From Sphingobium sp. (GTDB lineage Bacteria > Pseudomonadota > Alphaproteobacteria > Sphingomonadales > Sphingomonadaceae): DNA of 64,000 nt. The notes beneath the pieces are model-generated. The model had not been told where the DNA came from. It worked only from the letters and a program-made list of their open reading frames with translations, and made no database searches. The DNA lies in the NCBI GenBank assembly GCA_041396745.1, contig JAWKXZ010000002.1, positions 724,665 to 788,664 of the forward strand. The letters are read 5' to 3'. Position 1 is the first letter of the stretch. Every line of letters starts with the position of its first letter. This document shows, piece after piece, positions 29,395-39,916 of this stretch. Made by a program: the position numbers and the translations under genes.

Positions 29395-30536
29395 CGACCA
29401 TGCCCGCACTTTCGCCCCAACCCGGCTTCCCCCCCGCCTCCGTCAAACGCCTTGTCGTAAAAATCGGCTCTGCTTTGCTGGTCGACAGCGACGGCGCGGT
29501 GCGCAGCGCATGGCTAGAAGCGGTAGTCACCGACATCGCCGAGCGCGTCGAGGCAGGGCAGCAGATCATCGTCGTATCCTCGGGCGCAATAGCATTGGGC
29601 GCGCGCCGGTTGCGGCTTGCCAAGGGCGGCCGCGGCAGCTTGGACGATGCGCAGGCCGCCGCCGCCGTGGGCCAGATCGCGCTGTCGCAACATTGGGCGA
29701 GCCTGCTCGCTGCACGCGGGCTGACCGCCGCGCAAATGCTGCTGACGCTCGACGATCTGGAGAATCGCCGCCGTTATTTGAACGCGGCAGCCACATTGGA
29801 GCGCCTGCTCTCGCTGGGCGTCGTTCCCGTGGTCAATGAGAATGACAGCGTCGCGACTACCGAGATCCGGTTCGGCGACAATGACCGGCTGGCCGCACGC
29901 ATAGGGCAAGCGGCGCGCGCGGATGCCGTGGCGCTGCTGTCGGACGTCGATGGGCTCTACTCGGCCAACCCGCATGACAATCCCGACGCGCGACTGATCC
30001 CTGAGGTCAAGCGCATCGATGCGAAGATACAGGCAATGGCCGACGGCGGCTCTGGCAGCGGCATGGGATCGGGCGGCATGGCGTCCAAGATCGAGGCGGC
30101 ACGCATCGCCACAAGCGCCGGCGCGCACCTCGCGATCATTTCCGGCGCGGCGAACCGGCCGCTTTCGGCATGGCTGGATGGCGCGAACGGCACGATTTTC
30201 CATGCACAAGCAGGCAAGCGTGCGCGGCAGAACTGGCTCGCCGGGCGGCTGTCCATTAAGGGGCGGATTATTGTGGATGCAGGCGCTCAAGCGGCGCTGG
30301 CGAAGGGCAACAGCCTGCTGCCTGCCGGTGTCACCGACGTCAGCGGCGCGTTCGCGCGCGGAGATGTCGTCGATATCGTTGATGCGGACGGCCACCCGAT
30401 CGCGCGCGGCCTTGCCGAATATGACGCCGCCGAAGCGACGCTTATCAAGGGCAAACGCAAGGACGCGGTGGCGGCTGCACTCGGGACCCCCGCGCGCCCC
30501 GCGCTTGTCCATCGCGACCACATGGTCCTGCTGTGA
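29391..30536 (+). CDS. proB: Glutamate 5-kinase
   Basis: VVKIGSALLVD...VNENDSVATTEIRFGDNDRLAA, plus a C-terminal PUA-like region. Confidence 0.9.
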
Positions 30537-31438
30537 CGCGCACCGTTGCGATGACGGGCGCGACGGGTTTTGTCGGCGCGGAAACGCTTGAGCAATTGCT
30601 GGCCGCTGGGTTCAACGTCCGCGCTCTGGCCCGCCGTGCGCAGCCCGCGCGAGATCACGTGGTCTGGATCGCAGGCGCGCTTGACGATCCAGACGCGCTC
30701 GATGCGCTGGTCTCCGGCGCGGATGTTGTGCTGCATATCGCGGGCGTCGTGAATGCCCCCACCCGCGCCGCCTTTGAGGCAGGCAACAGCACTGGCACGG
30801 CTAATATCATCGCGGCGACGAAGCGGGCAGAACTCGCCCGCCTGATACAGGTCTCGTCCTTCGCCGCGCGTCAGCCGGACCTGTCCGATTATTGCTGGTC
30901 GAAGGCACTGGCAGAGGAGCATGTGCGCGCGTCCGGCCTCGACTGGACCATGGTACGTCCCCCCGCTGTCTACGGCCCGCGTGACACCGAGTTCATCGAA
31001 GCGCTGAGGCTCGCGCGCTCGGGTTTCATGCCCGTACCGCCAAAAGGACGCGCATCCATCATTCACGTGCGCGATCTCGCGGCCGTGCTTGTCGCCCTCT
31101 GCGGCAAAGCGGGTGACGGCCATGCGGATGCGACATGGGAGGTCGACGACGGAACACCCGACGGCCTTTCGCATATTGAATTGGCTGGCGCCTTCGGTCG
31201 TGCGCTCGGAAAAAAGGTGCGCCCGGTCCCCTTACCCCAGAAGCTGTTGCTGGGCATCGCAGCGGCGGACCGGTTCGTGCGCGGCAGTGGCGCAAAACTG
31301 ACGCCCGACCGCGTCCGTTACATGTGCTATCCAGACTGGGTCGTCGACCCTGCCAAGCGCCCCCCCCCGTCGTTCTGGCGCCCGCAAATCGGTGCGGACG
31401 AAGGGTTGAGGGAGATTGCCCTCCCCCTGCTGCGCTGA
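30533..31438 (+). CDS. NAD-dependent epimerase/dehydratase family (extended SDR); candidate ceramide reductase
   Basis: N-terminal Rossmann motif VAMTGATGFVG. Located immediately upstream of ACP-spt. The ceramide reductase function is inferred from context only. Confidence 0.75.
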   Translation: MTRTVAMTGATGFVGAETLEQLLAAGFNVRALARRAQPARDHVVWIAGALDDPDALDALVSGADVVLHIAGVVNAPTRAAFEAGNSTGTANIIAATKRAELARLIQVSSFAARQPDLSDYCWSKALAEEHVRASGLDWTMVRPPAVYGPRDTEFIEALRLARSGFMPVPPKGRASIIHVRDLAAVLVALCGKAGDGHADATWEVDDGTPDGLSHIELAGAFGRALGKKVRPVPLPQKLLLGIAAADRFVRGSGAKLTPDRVRYMCYPDWVVDPAKRPPPSFWRPQIGADEGLREIALPLLR

Positions 31439-31546
31439 AACCAACCCAAGTACCGGCCAGATCATGCCCGATTGCGGCCTTATTCACTTGCCAAAGGGCC
31501 ATTGGGGAAGGCATGACCCGCCCATTCATTGCGAAAGATTGAGACC

Positions 31547-31789
31547 ATGACCGACCGCCAGCAGATTTTCGATTCTGTCGCCGCACAGATCGCGCCCTTC
31601 AACAAGAAGGAAGTCGAACTGACCGAAGCGACGACATTCGCCGGCGACCTTGAGTGGGACAGCCTGACGGTGATGGACTTCGTCGCCGCCATCGAAGACG
31701 AGTTTGACATCATCATCACGATGAACATGCAGGCCGAGATCGAAACCATCGGCCAGCTTGTCGATGCCGTTGTAAAACTGCAGGGGTAA
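31547..31789 (+). CDS. Acyl carrier protein (sphingolipid-pathway ACP)
   Basis: GDLEWDSLTVMDFVAAIEDEF carries the DSL phosphopantetheine attachment motif. Adjacent to spt. ATG at 31547 preferred over the track's TTG at 31529. Confidence 0.85.
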   Translation: MTDRQQIFDSVAAQIAPFNKKEVELTEATTFAGDLEWDSLTVMDFVAAIEDEFDIIITMNMQAEIETIGQLVDAVVKLQG

Positions 31790-31798
31790 TCGACTGAA

Positions 31799-33004
31799 AT
31801 GGCTGATCTTTTTTCAAAGTTCGATGCGCTGATTGCCGAGCGCGAAGCATTGCTCGCCACCGGCGTGCGCGATCCCTTCGCCATCGTTATGGATGAGGTG
31901 AAATCTCCTACCCTCGCGGTAATCAAGGGCAAGGAAACGATCTTGCTCGGCACCTATAACTATATGGGCATGACCTTCGACCCGGATGTCGTTCAGGCGG
32001 GCAAGGACGCGCTCGATAACTTTGGTTCTGGCACCACCGGCAGCCGCGTCCTCAACGGCACCTATCAGGGGCACAAGGAATGCGAAGAGGCGCTGAAGGA
32101 ATTTTACGGCACCGAACATGCGATGGTCTTTTCGACCGGATATCAGGCCAATCTCGGCATGATATCCACCCTGGCGGGCAAGGGCGATTATATCATTCTA
32201 GATGCGGACAGCCACGCATCCATCTATGACGGCTGCTATCTCGGCAATGCGGAGATCGTCCGGTTCCGCCACAACAGCGTCGAGGACCTCGACAAGAGGC
32301 TCGGACGCCTGCCCGCCGACGCGCAAAAGCTGGTCGTTCTTGAAGGCGTCTATTCGATGCTGGGTGATGTCGCCCCCCTGCCCGAGATGGTCGCTGCAGT
32401 CCGCAAGCACGCCAACTGCATGATCCTGGTCGACGAAGCGCATGGCATGGGCTTCTTTGGCGAGCATGGCCGTGGCGTCTATGAAGAACAGGGCGTTGAA
32501 AAAGACGTCGATTTCGTCGTCGGCACCTTCTCCAAATCGGTCGGAACCGTCGGTGGCTTCTGCGTATCGAACCACCCAAAGTTTGAGGTGCTCCGCCTCG
32601 TCTGCCGCCCCTATGTATTCACCGCGAGTCTGCCTCCCAGCGTCGTCGCAACCGCCGCGACATCGATACGCAAGCTGATGCACGCCGGGAACAAGCGCGC
32701 TCACCTGTGGGAAAACAGCAAGCGGCTGCATAGCGGGCTGCGCGAAATGGGCTTTAAGCTCGGTACGGAAACCCCGCAATCCGCGATCATCGCCGTCATC
32801 CTCAACGACCAAACGCAAGCGGTGGCGATGTGGCAATCGCTGCTGGAACTGGGCCTCTACGTCAACATGGCGCGCCCGCCTGCGACACCGGCCGGAACGT
32901 TTCTGTTGCGCTGCTCGCTGTGTGCGGAACATTCCAGCGAACAAGTCGGGCAGATCCTTGAGATGTTTCGGGCAGCAGGCAAGGCTACTGGCGCAATCCA
33001 GTAA
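31799..33004 (+). CDS. spt: Serine palmitoyltransferase
   Basis: Very close to my recollection of Sphingomonas SPT: DPFAIVMDEVKSPT, LLGTYNYMGMTFDPDV, ILDADSHASIYDG, GTFSKSVGTVGG, YVNMARPPATPAGTFLLRCS. Confidence 0.9.
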   Translation: MADLFSKFDALIAEREALLATGVRDPFAIVMDEVKSPTLAVIKGKETILLGTYNYMGMTFDPDVVQAGKDALDNFGSGTTGSRVLNGTYQGHKECEEALKEFYGTEHAMVFSTGYQANLGMISTLAGKGDYIILDADSHASIYDGCYLGNAEIVRFRHNSVEDLDKRLGRLPADAQKLVVLEGVYSMLGDVAPLPEMVAAVRKHANCMILVDEAHGMGFFGEHGRGVYEEQGVEKDVDFVVGTFSKSVGTVGGFCVSNHPKFEVLRLVCRPYVFTASLPPSVVATAATSIRKLMHAGNKRAHLWENSKRLHSGLREMGFKLGTETPQSAIIAVILNDQTQAVAMWQSLLELGLYVNMARPPATPAGTFLLRCSLCAEHSSEQVGQILEMFRAAGKATGAIQ

Positions 33005-33071
33005 ACTGTACCATTTCGGCACAGTAATGGCGCCACTTTCATCCTTTCCCCATTTGGCCTAAACGTCCGAC

Positions 33072-35087
33072 ATGGATGACCAGACGGGCATGATGAGCGA
33101 GGACGAGGCGCCATGGCGCCGGCGTGTCGACCGCTTTCTGCCTCCGTTGATCGGGGTCGGCCTTTTCATTGCCATCGGCGCTCTTCTGTTTTTCGTGTCA
33201 AGCGCGGGGCGAGAACGGGACCAGGCTTTGGCGGAGCAGCGGCGCAGTTACGAGATCGTAACGCTTGCACGACGCCTGGATGCGACGGTCGCCAAGGCGG
33301 AATCTTCCCTCGCCCGCTATGTGATCAGCATGGACAAGGATATTGGCCGTCAATATCAGGACGACTGGAATACGGCCGCGGGCGAGCTCAATGTTCTCAG
33401 CAGAGCGACCAGAAACGACCCTGTTCAACGCCAGTTGGTTGACCAGCTCGAAGCGGCGTTCACGCAGCGCGGCCAGGCGTTGAACGATATCGCGCTGCGC
33501 ACGACCTACGATCAGAAAGTGGCCTCGCTTGGTAAATTCTATGAGGCGAGCAAAGCGCAAAGCCTCCGTCGCATCACATCCTTGCTCGAACAGGTCATCG
33601 ACACCGAAAATGCACGCCTGCGCGAGCGCAGCTTGAATGTCGAACGGGCAGGCGCATCTCTCGAGACGGTGATGACGACCTATCGCCTTGTCGGCCTGGT
33701 CATATTGATCGCCGCCCTCATTCTGGCGTGGATCGCGCGGTCGGCCATCAAGGGACGACGACAGGAACAACGTCAGATCGATGAAGAATATTATCGGGCA
33801 CAGGCGCTCGAAAAGGCCGTTGCCGAACGAACCGCGGAACTCGAGCAGGCATATGGAAAATTGCAGCGCGAGTCCGAGGACAAGGCCCGCGTGGAAGACA
33901 GCCTGAGGCAAATGCAAAAAATGGAAGCCGTCGGCCAGCTAACCGGCGGCATCGCCCATGATTTCAATAATATGCTGGCGGTCGTCGTCGGCGGGCTGGA
34001 GCTGGCGCGCCGTCGCGTCGGCGACAATGCAGAGGCCGACCGGCATTTGAGTAATGCTCTGGAAGGTGCCAATCGCGCCTCCGCTCTCACCCGTCGCCTG
34101 TTGGCATTCGCGCGATCGGAACCCAACCTTCCCGAAGCGCATGGTCTGGACCCGCTGATAACCGATATGGTGGAGCTGCTCGATCGCTCCATCGGTGATC
34201 AGATTAAGGTCGCGCTCGATCTCGATTGCGGCGGCTGGCAAGTCTATACCGACCGTCATCAGCTCGAAAACACGATACTCAACCTCGCGGTTAATGCCCG
34301 CGATGCCATGGACGGGCGCGGCACGCTACAGATCCGCACACGGCAGGCGCGGCTGCAAGCTGGCGACATTGGCGAATGCATAGCTGGCGAATATCTGCGC
34401 CTGTCTATAATCGACACCGGGTGCGGCATGACGCCGGACGTTTTGGAGCGGGTATTCGAACCATTTTACACGACGAAGGAAGTCGGCAAAGGAACGGGCC
34501 TCGGCCTCAGCCAGGTGTTCGGTTTTGTCGGCCAGAGCGGCGGTGAAATCGAGCTTCTCTCCAAGCCCGGCAAGGGGACCGAGGTCAGATTATATTTCCC
34601 CCGCCACATGACATCGGGATCGACAATCGACGGTGAAAAGCCCGGCTCGGTTGATGACGAGAAAGACGTACTCGCCTCCGCTGACGGCCCTGACACAGCG
34701 CTTTCCATTCTGGTGGTAGAAGACGACCCGCGTGTCCTCGCCCAAACGCGATCCGCGCTCGCCGAGTTGGGCCATGAAGCGATTTGCTGCGATCATCCTG
34801 CAAAGGCCGTCGATATGTTAGGCCGCTCTGGCAATGTCGACATGATCCTGAGCGACGTATTGATGCCCGACATGACCGGGCCGGAAATGATCGCCGCGCT
34901 GCCCAACCAGTATAAATCAATTCCTGTCGTTTTTGTAACCGGTTATGCCGGAGATATTGCAGACAATCGCATGTTCGAAGGGCATCTTCTGCTGCGCAAA
35001 CCCTATACGCTGGCCGCGCTCAAGAAGACCATCCGTGACGCCGCTACCCGATTGCCCGGCTCACGAACAAACGCGGCAACAGTGTAA
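33072..35087 (+). CDS. Hybrid sensor histidine kinase/response regulator (CHASE3-like periplasmic region, HisKA, HATPase_c, REC)
   Basis: H-box GGIAHDFNNML, N-box NLAVNARDAM, G-boxes DTGCGM and GKGTGLGLS, and a C-terminal receiver (ILVVEDD...SDVLMPDMTG). Confidence 0.85.
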   Translation: MDDQTGMMSEDEAPWRRRVDRFLPPLIGVGLFIAIGALLFFVSSAGRERDQALAEQRRSYEIVTLARRLDATVAKAESSLARYVISMDKDIGRQYQDDWNTAAGELNVLSRATRNDPVQRQLVDQLEAAFTQRGQALNDIALRTTYDQKVASLGKFYEASKAQSLRRITSLLEQVIDTENARLRERSLNVERAGASLETVMTTYRLVGLVILIAALILAWIARSAIKGRRQEQRQIDEEYYRAQALEKAVAERTAELEQAYGKLQRESEDKARVEDSLRQMQKMEAVGQLTGGIAHDFNNMLAVVVGGLELARRRVGDNAEADRHLSNALEGANRASALTRRLLAFARSEPNLPEAHGLDPLITDMVELLDRSIGDQIKVALDLDCGGWQVYTDRHQLENTILNLAVNARDAMDGRGTLQIRTRQARLQAGDIGECIAGEYLRLSIIDTGCGMTPDVLERVFEPFYTTKEVGKGTGLGLSQVFGFVGQSGGEIELLSKPGKGTEVRLYFPRHMTSGSTIDGEKPGSVDDEKDVLASADGPDTALSILVVEDDPRVLAQTRSALAELGHEAICCDHPAKAVDMLGRSGNVDMILSDVLMPDMTGPEMIAALPNQYKSIPVVFVTGYAGDIADNRMFEGHLLLRKPYTLAALKKTIRDAATRLPGSRTNAATV

Positions 35088-35952
35088 TAGCCGCGAGCAA
35101 CGGGTGACGCCGTTGCCATGGCGTGATGACGATTTTCGTCCCGGCATGGCGATTGATCTTCCAGGCGAGATAGTCGATGCCGCCCGCAAAGGTGAAGCTG
35201 GCTTTTATCAACCGAACGACGCTGAGCCACTTGCCGCGCCTTTGCAGACGTCGCCATGTGCGGCCTGTACGCTCAGTTTGATACGCATTCACGGCGGCAT
35301 CGGGCAGAACCGAACCGTCAGCAACAGCCGCCTCGAACGCAGCGCGATAATAAGCAGGATCGCTATCGACGATTGAGCCGGAGCGCGTCTTTCGTTCCGC
35401 TCTCAATTCGGCGCCATAGGTTCTTGAAAATCCGCTTTGAAACAGAGTATTCCAATCGTGCCGCTTATCGGCGGCAACTTCCGGAAACGCCAGATTCAGC
35501 AACGTTGGCACCGCTTGCACAACAGCATCGATAGCGGTTGAGCGAGCAGCATCGCCGTTGGCCCAGACTAGGCGGACCGGCTGTGCGAAGCGCGCCCATA
35601 CTGAGACATTGTCGGCCTGCCGCCCACATAGGCGGACAAAGTCGGCCTCTGACAGGACGGCGTATTTCGCACTTAACCCTTCGAATGCGAACGGAAATAC
35701 ATTGGGCGGAATAAGGCGGTTGGCGGTGGCCAGCCAGCCCTTGTCATACGCCGCGCGATAATCCGACACGATCAGGTAAAAATCGAGCATCAGTCCGTCC
35801 AGCTGACGCTCCCGCAGGCAGGAACCATAGAATAGGACGGCGCGTGCAGCGCCGGGATAGTGCGCGGCAATCGCCGCCGCCATGGCCGAAACGCGCGGAT
35901 CGACTTCGCGGGCCAGCTCGGTCGCGACCAGAGCCCTGAGTGCGCCGCTCAC
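35044..35952 (-). CDS. Hypothetical protein, possibly a Tam41/Mmp37-like nucleotidyltransferase
   Basis: VLFYGSCLRERQLDGLMLDFYLIVSDY resembles the YGS...DF..V.D signature of Tam41-type CDP-DAG synthases. The start overlaps the stop of the lipid kinase gene. The family call is tentative. Confidence 0.5.
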   Translation of the reverse strand: MSGALRALVATELAREVDPRVSAMAAAIAAHYPGAARAVLFYGSCLRERQLDGLMLDFYLIVSDYRAAYDKGWLATANRLIPPNVFPFAFEGLSAKYAVLSEADFVRLCGRQADNVSVWARFAQPVRLVWANGDAARSTAIDAVVQAVPTLLNLAFPEVAADKRHDWNTLFQSGFSRTYGAELRAERKTRSGSIVDSDPAYYRAAFEAAVADGSVLPDAAVNAYQTERTGRTWRRLQRRGKWLSVVRLIKASFTFAGGIDYLAWKINRHAGTKIVITPWQRRHPLLAAITLLPRLFVSRAIG

Positions 35953-36923
35953 GCCGCCAATCGCAGGAAAGGAACCGGAGGCGTCGATGTAAGGACGATG
36001 GGGTTGCCGTCCTGCGCCTGAAATATTTCCCCGTCGAGGATGACGCTACTGTTCTCACCTTCGATGCGGATGGTGTCCCCATGTTCAAGATGAATGCCCT
36101 GCATACGCTGCGAACCGAAACGCCCTATCGCACTCACGAAAAGCATCCGAAGCATGGCGGCGGCGCTATGGTCGACCGCCAGCAATTTCAGCCGCCCCCC
36201 CGCGCCGGCGCCGTTCGATGGCCGAGCGCCCAATAACAGCTTTTCGAGAGTGGTGACGATCAGCACAGCGAACTTGCCCACAAGCTGCCCGTCGCGAATG
36301 AGCGATATCGAAACCGGCTTTGCTTGCGGAGGCATATATTTGCCTTTCATCCCGAAAAAGATCGAAGCCAGCACAGCCAAAGCGGTGATAAAATGCGAGA
36401 TGCCGTTCGACAGGCCGAGCGGATAGATGCGATTGCGGCAGTAGAGGATGGAATCCGCCAGCCCCGCGCCCCCCAGGAACATGCCCAGGACAGGACGGCT
36501 GCTCGCCTGACCATCGGACAGCGCGATCAGCTCCCGCGCTACGACATGGCTTTCGACGCCATTCTTGGCGATATCGACAATCTGCTCCAGTGCCTTGATC
36601 GGATCGCCCCTGATGCCGAGGTCAAGCGCAATGAGGTTGGTCTTGCCATTGGGCAAGACAGCAACGGGGGGAACGGCTCCGCCGAAATGATCGCTCTGAT
36701 AAAGTTCGGTGAGCGCCGTCTGGACCGTGCCATCGCCGCCATTAATAACAATCACGGTCGGTTTGACATGCGCGATCATCTGCATCGCGCGACCGATCTG
36801 GTCGACGCTTTCCACCTCATAGTGGAAAATGTCGGAATGATTGGCGCAATAGCTTCGTACACGCGGCAACAATCGCCGGTTGCCCGTCGATTTGGGATTG
36901 GAGAGAAGCGCGACGCTTACCAT
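35949..36923 (-). CDS. Diacylglycerol/lipid kinase family protein (YegS/DAGK_cat type); candidate ceramide kinase
   Basis: VIVINGGDGTVQTAL is the DAGK catalytic motif. About 320 aa. The substrate is inferred from sphingolipid context only. Confidence 0.75.
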   Translation of the reverse strand: MVSVALLSNPKSTGNRRLLPRVRSYCANHSDIFHYEVESVDQIGRAMQMIAHVKPTVIVINGGDGTVQTALTELYQSDHFGGAVPPVAVLPNGKTNLIALDLGIRGDPIKALEQIVDIAKNGVESHVVARELIALSDGQASSRPVLGMFLGGAGLADSILYCRNRIYPLGLSNGISHFITALAVLASIFFGMKGKYMPPQAKPVSISLIRDGQLVGKFAVLIVTTLEKLLLGARPSNGAGAGGRLKLLAVDHSAAAMLRMLFVSAIGRFGSQRMQGIHLEHGDTIRIEGENSSVILDGEIFQAQDGNPIVLTSTPPVPFLRLAA

Positions 36924-36948
36924 ATGGACCCGTGATTATCCCTTCTCG

Positions 36949-37452
36949 TCACATATATTGCAGCCTGATCGCGATGCTCGTCGGGTGCTTGCCGACGCTT
37001 ATCGCGACCTTCTCGGCCGAAGGTTTGCCGAGATTGAACAGGGTCGCTTTGGGGTTATTTGAAAACCCGCCGCCATCTTTCCAGATGTCCGTCTTGCGAT
37101 TGTCATTGGTATCATGGCGCACGGCTATACCGTAGCTGCCAGCGACCGGAACCGGCATACAAACGCGCATCACGCCGTTGACCGGCTTCACGTTCTGCTC
37201 GATCCGGTAAAGCCAGCGGCCCTTTTCAAGCCATTCCGCCTTGGTCGCGCGATAGGATTGCACGCGCAAAGTACCACTATCGCTTTCGAACCCGCGAATT
37301 TCGATGAGCACGGCAGGGCCGGCGTCGGACGTGCATTTGCTCATGTCGTTTGTCACGACCTGCCCGGCATAGGCCATCGACGACGTGCTGACGGCGCATA
37401 GAGCGACGCTGGCAAGCACCGAAACCGGACCCCTGCGGGAAAATTTAAACAT
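36949..37452 (-). CDS. DUF2141 domain secreted protein
   Basis: Signal peptide, then GIAVRHDTNDNRKTDIWKDGGGFSNNPK, which is typical of DUF2141. Confidence 0.65.
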   Translation of the reverse strand: MFKFSRRGPVSVLASVALCAVSTSSMAYAGQVVTNDMSKCTSDAGPAVLIEIRGFESDSGTLRVQSYRATKAEWLEKGRWLYRIEQNVKPVNGVMRVCMPVPVAGSYGIAVRHDTNDNRKTDIWKDGGGFSNNPKATLFNLGKPSAEKVAISVGKHPTSIAIRLQYM

Positions 37453-37576
37453 GACCTAGTCTCTCCTCGAAGCTATAGCCCGCACAACAAACTGATTTGC
37501 GCAGGTGGCCCTGTTCGCCCCGATTTTCATATGGGCGACATTTGCGGCCAAAACATGGTGATGGGACGACGACAAG

Positions 37577-38791
37577 TTGAAACTTTTTGACTCAACAGAC
37601 CGTTACATCGCCCGGCTGATCGCGGTCCCGCTGACCAGTACGCTGATCATCGCTGCGATGTTGCTGGTGCTCGATAAAATGTTGCGCCTGTTTGATTTTG
37701 TGGCCGCGCAAGGTGGACCGGTGAATGTGGTGTGGCGCCTGCTCGCCAGCATGCTGCCTGAATATCTCTCTCTTGGCATTCCGATTGGGCTTATGCTCGG
37801 TATCCTGCTTGCCTTCCGTCGGTTGGCATTGTCGTCAGAGCTCGACGTGTTGCGCGGCGTCGGCCTACCCCCCGCACGACTTTTGAAGATGCCCTATGTC
37901 TATGCGATTGCGCTTGCCATCGTGAATTTCGCCATCGTCGGCTTTATTCAGCCTTATTCGCGATACGCCTATGAAGGCCTGCAATATGAACTGAGATCAG
38001 GCGCATTGGGCGCATCGATCAAGGTGGGAGAGTTCACCAATCTGGGCAAGGGCATGACCCTGCGGATCGAGGAAAGCCGCGATTCGGGGCGTGATTTGCA
38101 TGGCATTTTCATCCGTGTGGCACAAAAGGACAATCAGTCGCTGGCTGTTACCGCCGCGCAGGGCACCTTTCTAGGCACGGACGACCCGGACACGATCATT
38201 CTGCGCCTGACCGATGGCGTATTGGTGCAACGGTCTGACAAGCTCGACAGCCCGCGCATCTTGAGCTTTTCAGGTCATGACCTGCCCATTGACCTGCCCA
38301 AGATCGACAGTTTTCGCGGAAGAGGCGATGCGGATCGCGAGTTGACCCTGCCTGAGCTGGTTCGTGTAGGCTCAGCGGACAAAACGGATCAAATGACCCG
38401 CAATGAGGTCTTGGCCAACTTTCATTTCCGACTGGTCGAAGTGGCGATGATGATGCTGTTGCCGCTCGCCGCGCTCGCTTTTGCAGTGCCACCCAAACGC
38501 TCGACCTCTGCGCTGGGTGTATTCCTGTCGATCATCTTCATCGTGACCTATCACAAGATCAACCAATATGCGGAGGACATGGGCGCAGCAGGCCGCATCG
38601 ACCCGGCGCTGGCGCTTTGGGGGCCGTTCATCCTGTTCGCGGGTCTGATATTGTGGATGTATTACGTGGTCGCGCACAAGCCGGGCGGCCAACCAATCGG
38701 CGCGCTGGAGGCGGTGTTTGCAAAAATAGTCAAATGGACGACTTTGTGGTTCCGCTTCGGCCGCCGCAAGCTCCGGCATCATCACATATAG
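37577..38791 (+). CDS. lptF: LptF-type ABC transporter permease
   Basis: YjgP/YjgQ family pattern (DRYIARL..., 6 TM with a large periplasmic loop). Paired with lptG. TTG start. Confidence 0.8.
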   Translation: MKLFDSTDRYIARLIAVPLTSTLIIAAMLLVLDKMLRLFDFVAAQGGPVNVVWRLLASMLPEYLSLGIPIGLMLGILLAFRRLALSSELDVLRGVGLPPARLLKMPYVYAIALAIVNFAIVGFIQPYSRYAYEGLQYELRSGALGASIKVGEFTNLGKGMTLRIEESRDSGRDLHGIFIRVAQKDNQSLAVTAAQGTFLGTDDPDTIILRLTDGVLVQRSDKLDSPRILSFSGHDLPIDLPKIDSFRGRGDADRELTLPELVRVGSADKTDQMTRNEVLANFHFRLVEVAMMMLLPLAALAFAVPPKRSTSALGVFLSIIFIVTYHKINQYAEDMGAAGRIDPALALWGPFILFAGLILWMYYVVAHKPGGQPIGALEAVFAKIVKWTTLWFRFGRRKLRHHHI

Positions 38792-38803
38792 GGTCCTGGC
38801 TAC

Positions 38804-39904
38804 ATGCAGCTTCAGTTTTTTCCGTCCCGACGCATGGCCCTCTATATGGCGCGCAGCTTCCTGGTCAGGACGTTCGCGGTTCTGGCCATGCTCGCTATTG
38901 TCCTGATGACGCTCGACCTGTTGGGTGAAAGCGGGAAAGTGCTGGCTGCGCCCGGCAACGGCGAGCCGGAATTGTGGCGATATGTGGGCCTGCGCCTGCC
39001 GCAGATCGTTGCCCGCTTCCTGCCGTTCTCAGTCCTGCTCGGCACCCTGATCACACTGGCGACAATGAATCAGCACAGCGAGATCGTATCGATGAAATCC
39101 GCGGGACTGTCAGCGCATCAGATCCTCGCCCCTCTCATTCTCGCGGCCATGGGGATCGCCGTCATCAGCTTTGTGTTCAATGAGCGAATAGTGGCCCGGT
39201 CCAGCGCGGCGCTTGACGCGTGGGAAGCGGTTGATTTCGGCGAAATACCGCGTGACAGCGGTGTCAAAACCGATGTCTGGGTGCGCGAAGGCAATAATCT
39301 CGTCACCGCCGCCATCGTATCCGGCCGAGGCGACGATGTTGTGCTGCGACAGGTGGAGATATTTCACCGCGTCGACAATCGCCTGATCGACATCGTCCGC
39401 GCGCCGATCGCCCGCTATGATGCGAAGGCGCAAAACTGGATATTGGAGAATGCTCGCCAGTTTGACGTGAACCGGGGCACGAGCCGCCGGCTCGGCACCA
39501 TTCGCAACGCCGGTGGCATTCGTCCCGATCAGTTCACGCTCGCGAAGGTCGATGCCGATGGCCTGAACTTTATGGAACTGCGCAGCGCCATCGCAGATTT
39601 GCGTGACGCCGGCCGCCCCGTGGCCACGCTGGAGGCGAGCCTATGGCACAAGATATCCGGGCCGCTTTCCGCCGTTCTCATGCCCCTGCTCGGGTCGGTG
39701 GCGGCGTTCGGCCTGGCGCGGTCCGGTCATTTGTTCGTCCGCGCCGTCACCGGCATGGGACTTGGTTTCGCCTATTTCGTAGCAGACAATTTCGCGCTCG
39801 CCATGGGCAACCTTGGCGCCTACCCGCCATTGCTGGCGGCATGGGCGCCGTTCCTGCTTTTCCTGCTGCTTGGCGAGACGGTACTGATCCGCACCGAGGA
39901 ATGA
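38804..39904 (+). CDS. lptG: LptG-type ABC transporter permease
   Basis: YjgP/YjgQ family. Adjacent to lptF. Confidence 0.8.
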   Translation: MQLQFFPSRRMALYMARSFLVRTFAVLAMLAIVLMTLDLLGESGKVLAAPGNGEPELWRYVGLRLPQIVARFLPFSVLLGTLITLATMNQHSEIVSMKSAGLSAHQILAPLILAAMGIAVISFVFNERIVARSSAALDAWEAVDFGEIPRDSGVKTDVWVREGNNLVTAAIVSGRGDDVVLRQVEIFHRVDNRLIDIVRAPIARYDAKAQNWILENARQFDVNRGTSRRLGTIRNAGGIRPDQFTLAKVDADGLNFMELRSAIADLRDAGRPVATLEASLWHKISGPLSAVLMPLLGSVAAFGLARSGHLFVRAVTGMGLGFAYFVADNFALAMGNLGAYPPLLAAWAPFLLFLLLGETVLIRTEE

Positions 39905-39916
39905 TCAGGGGAACGA

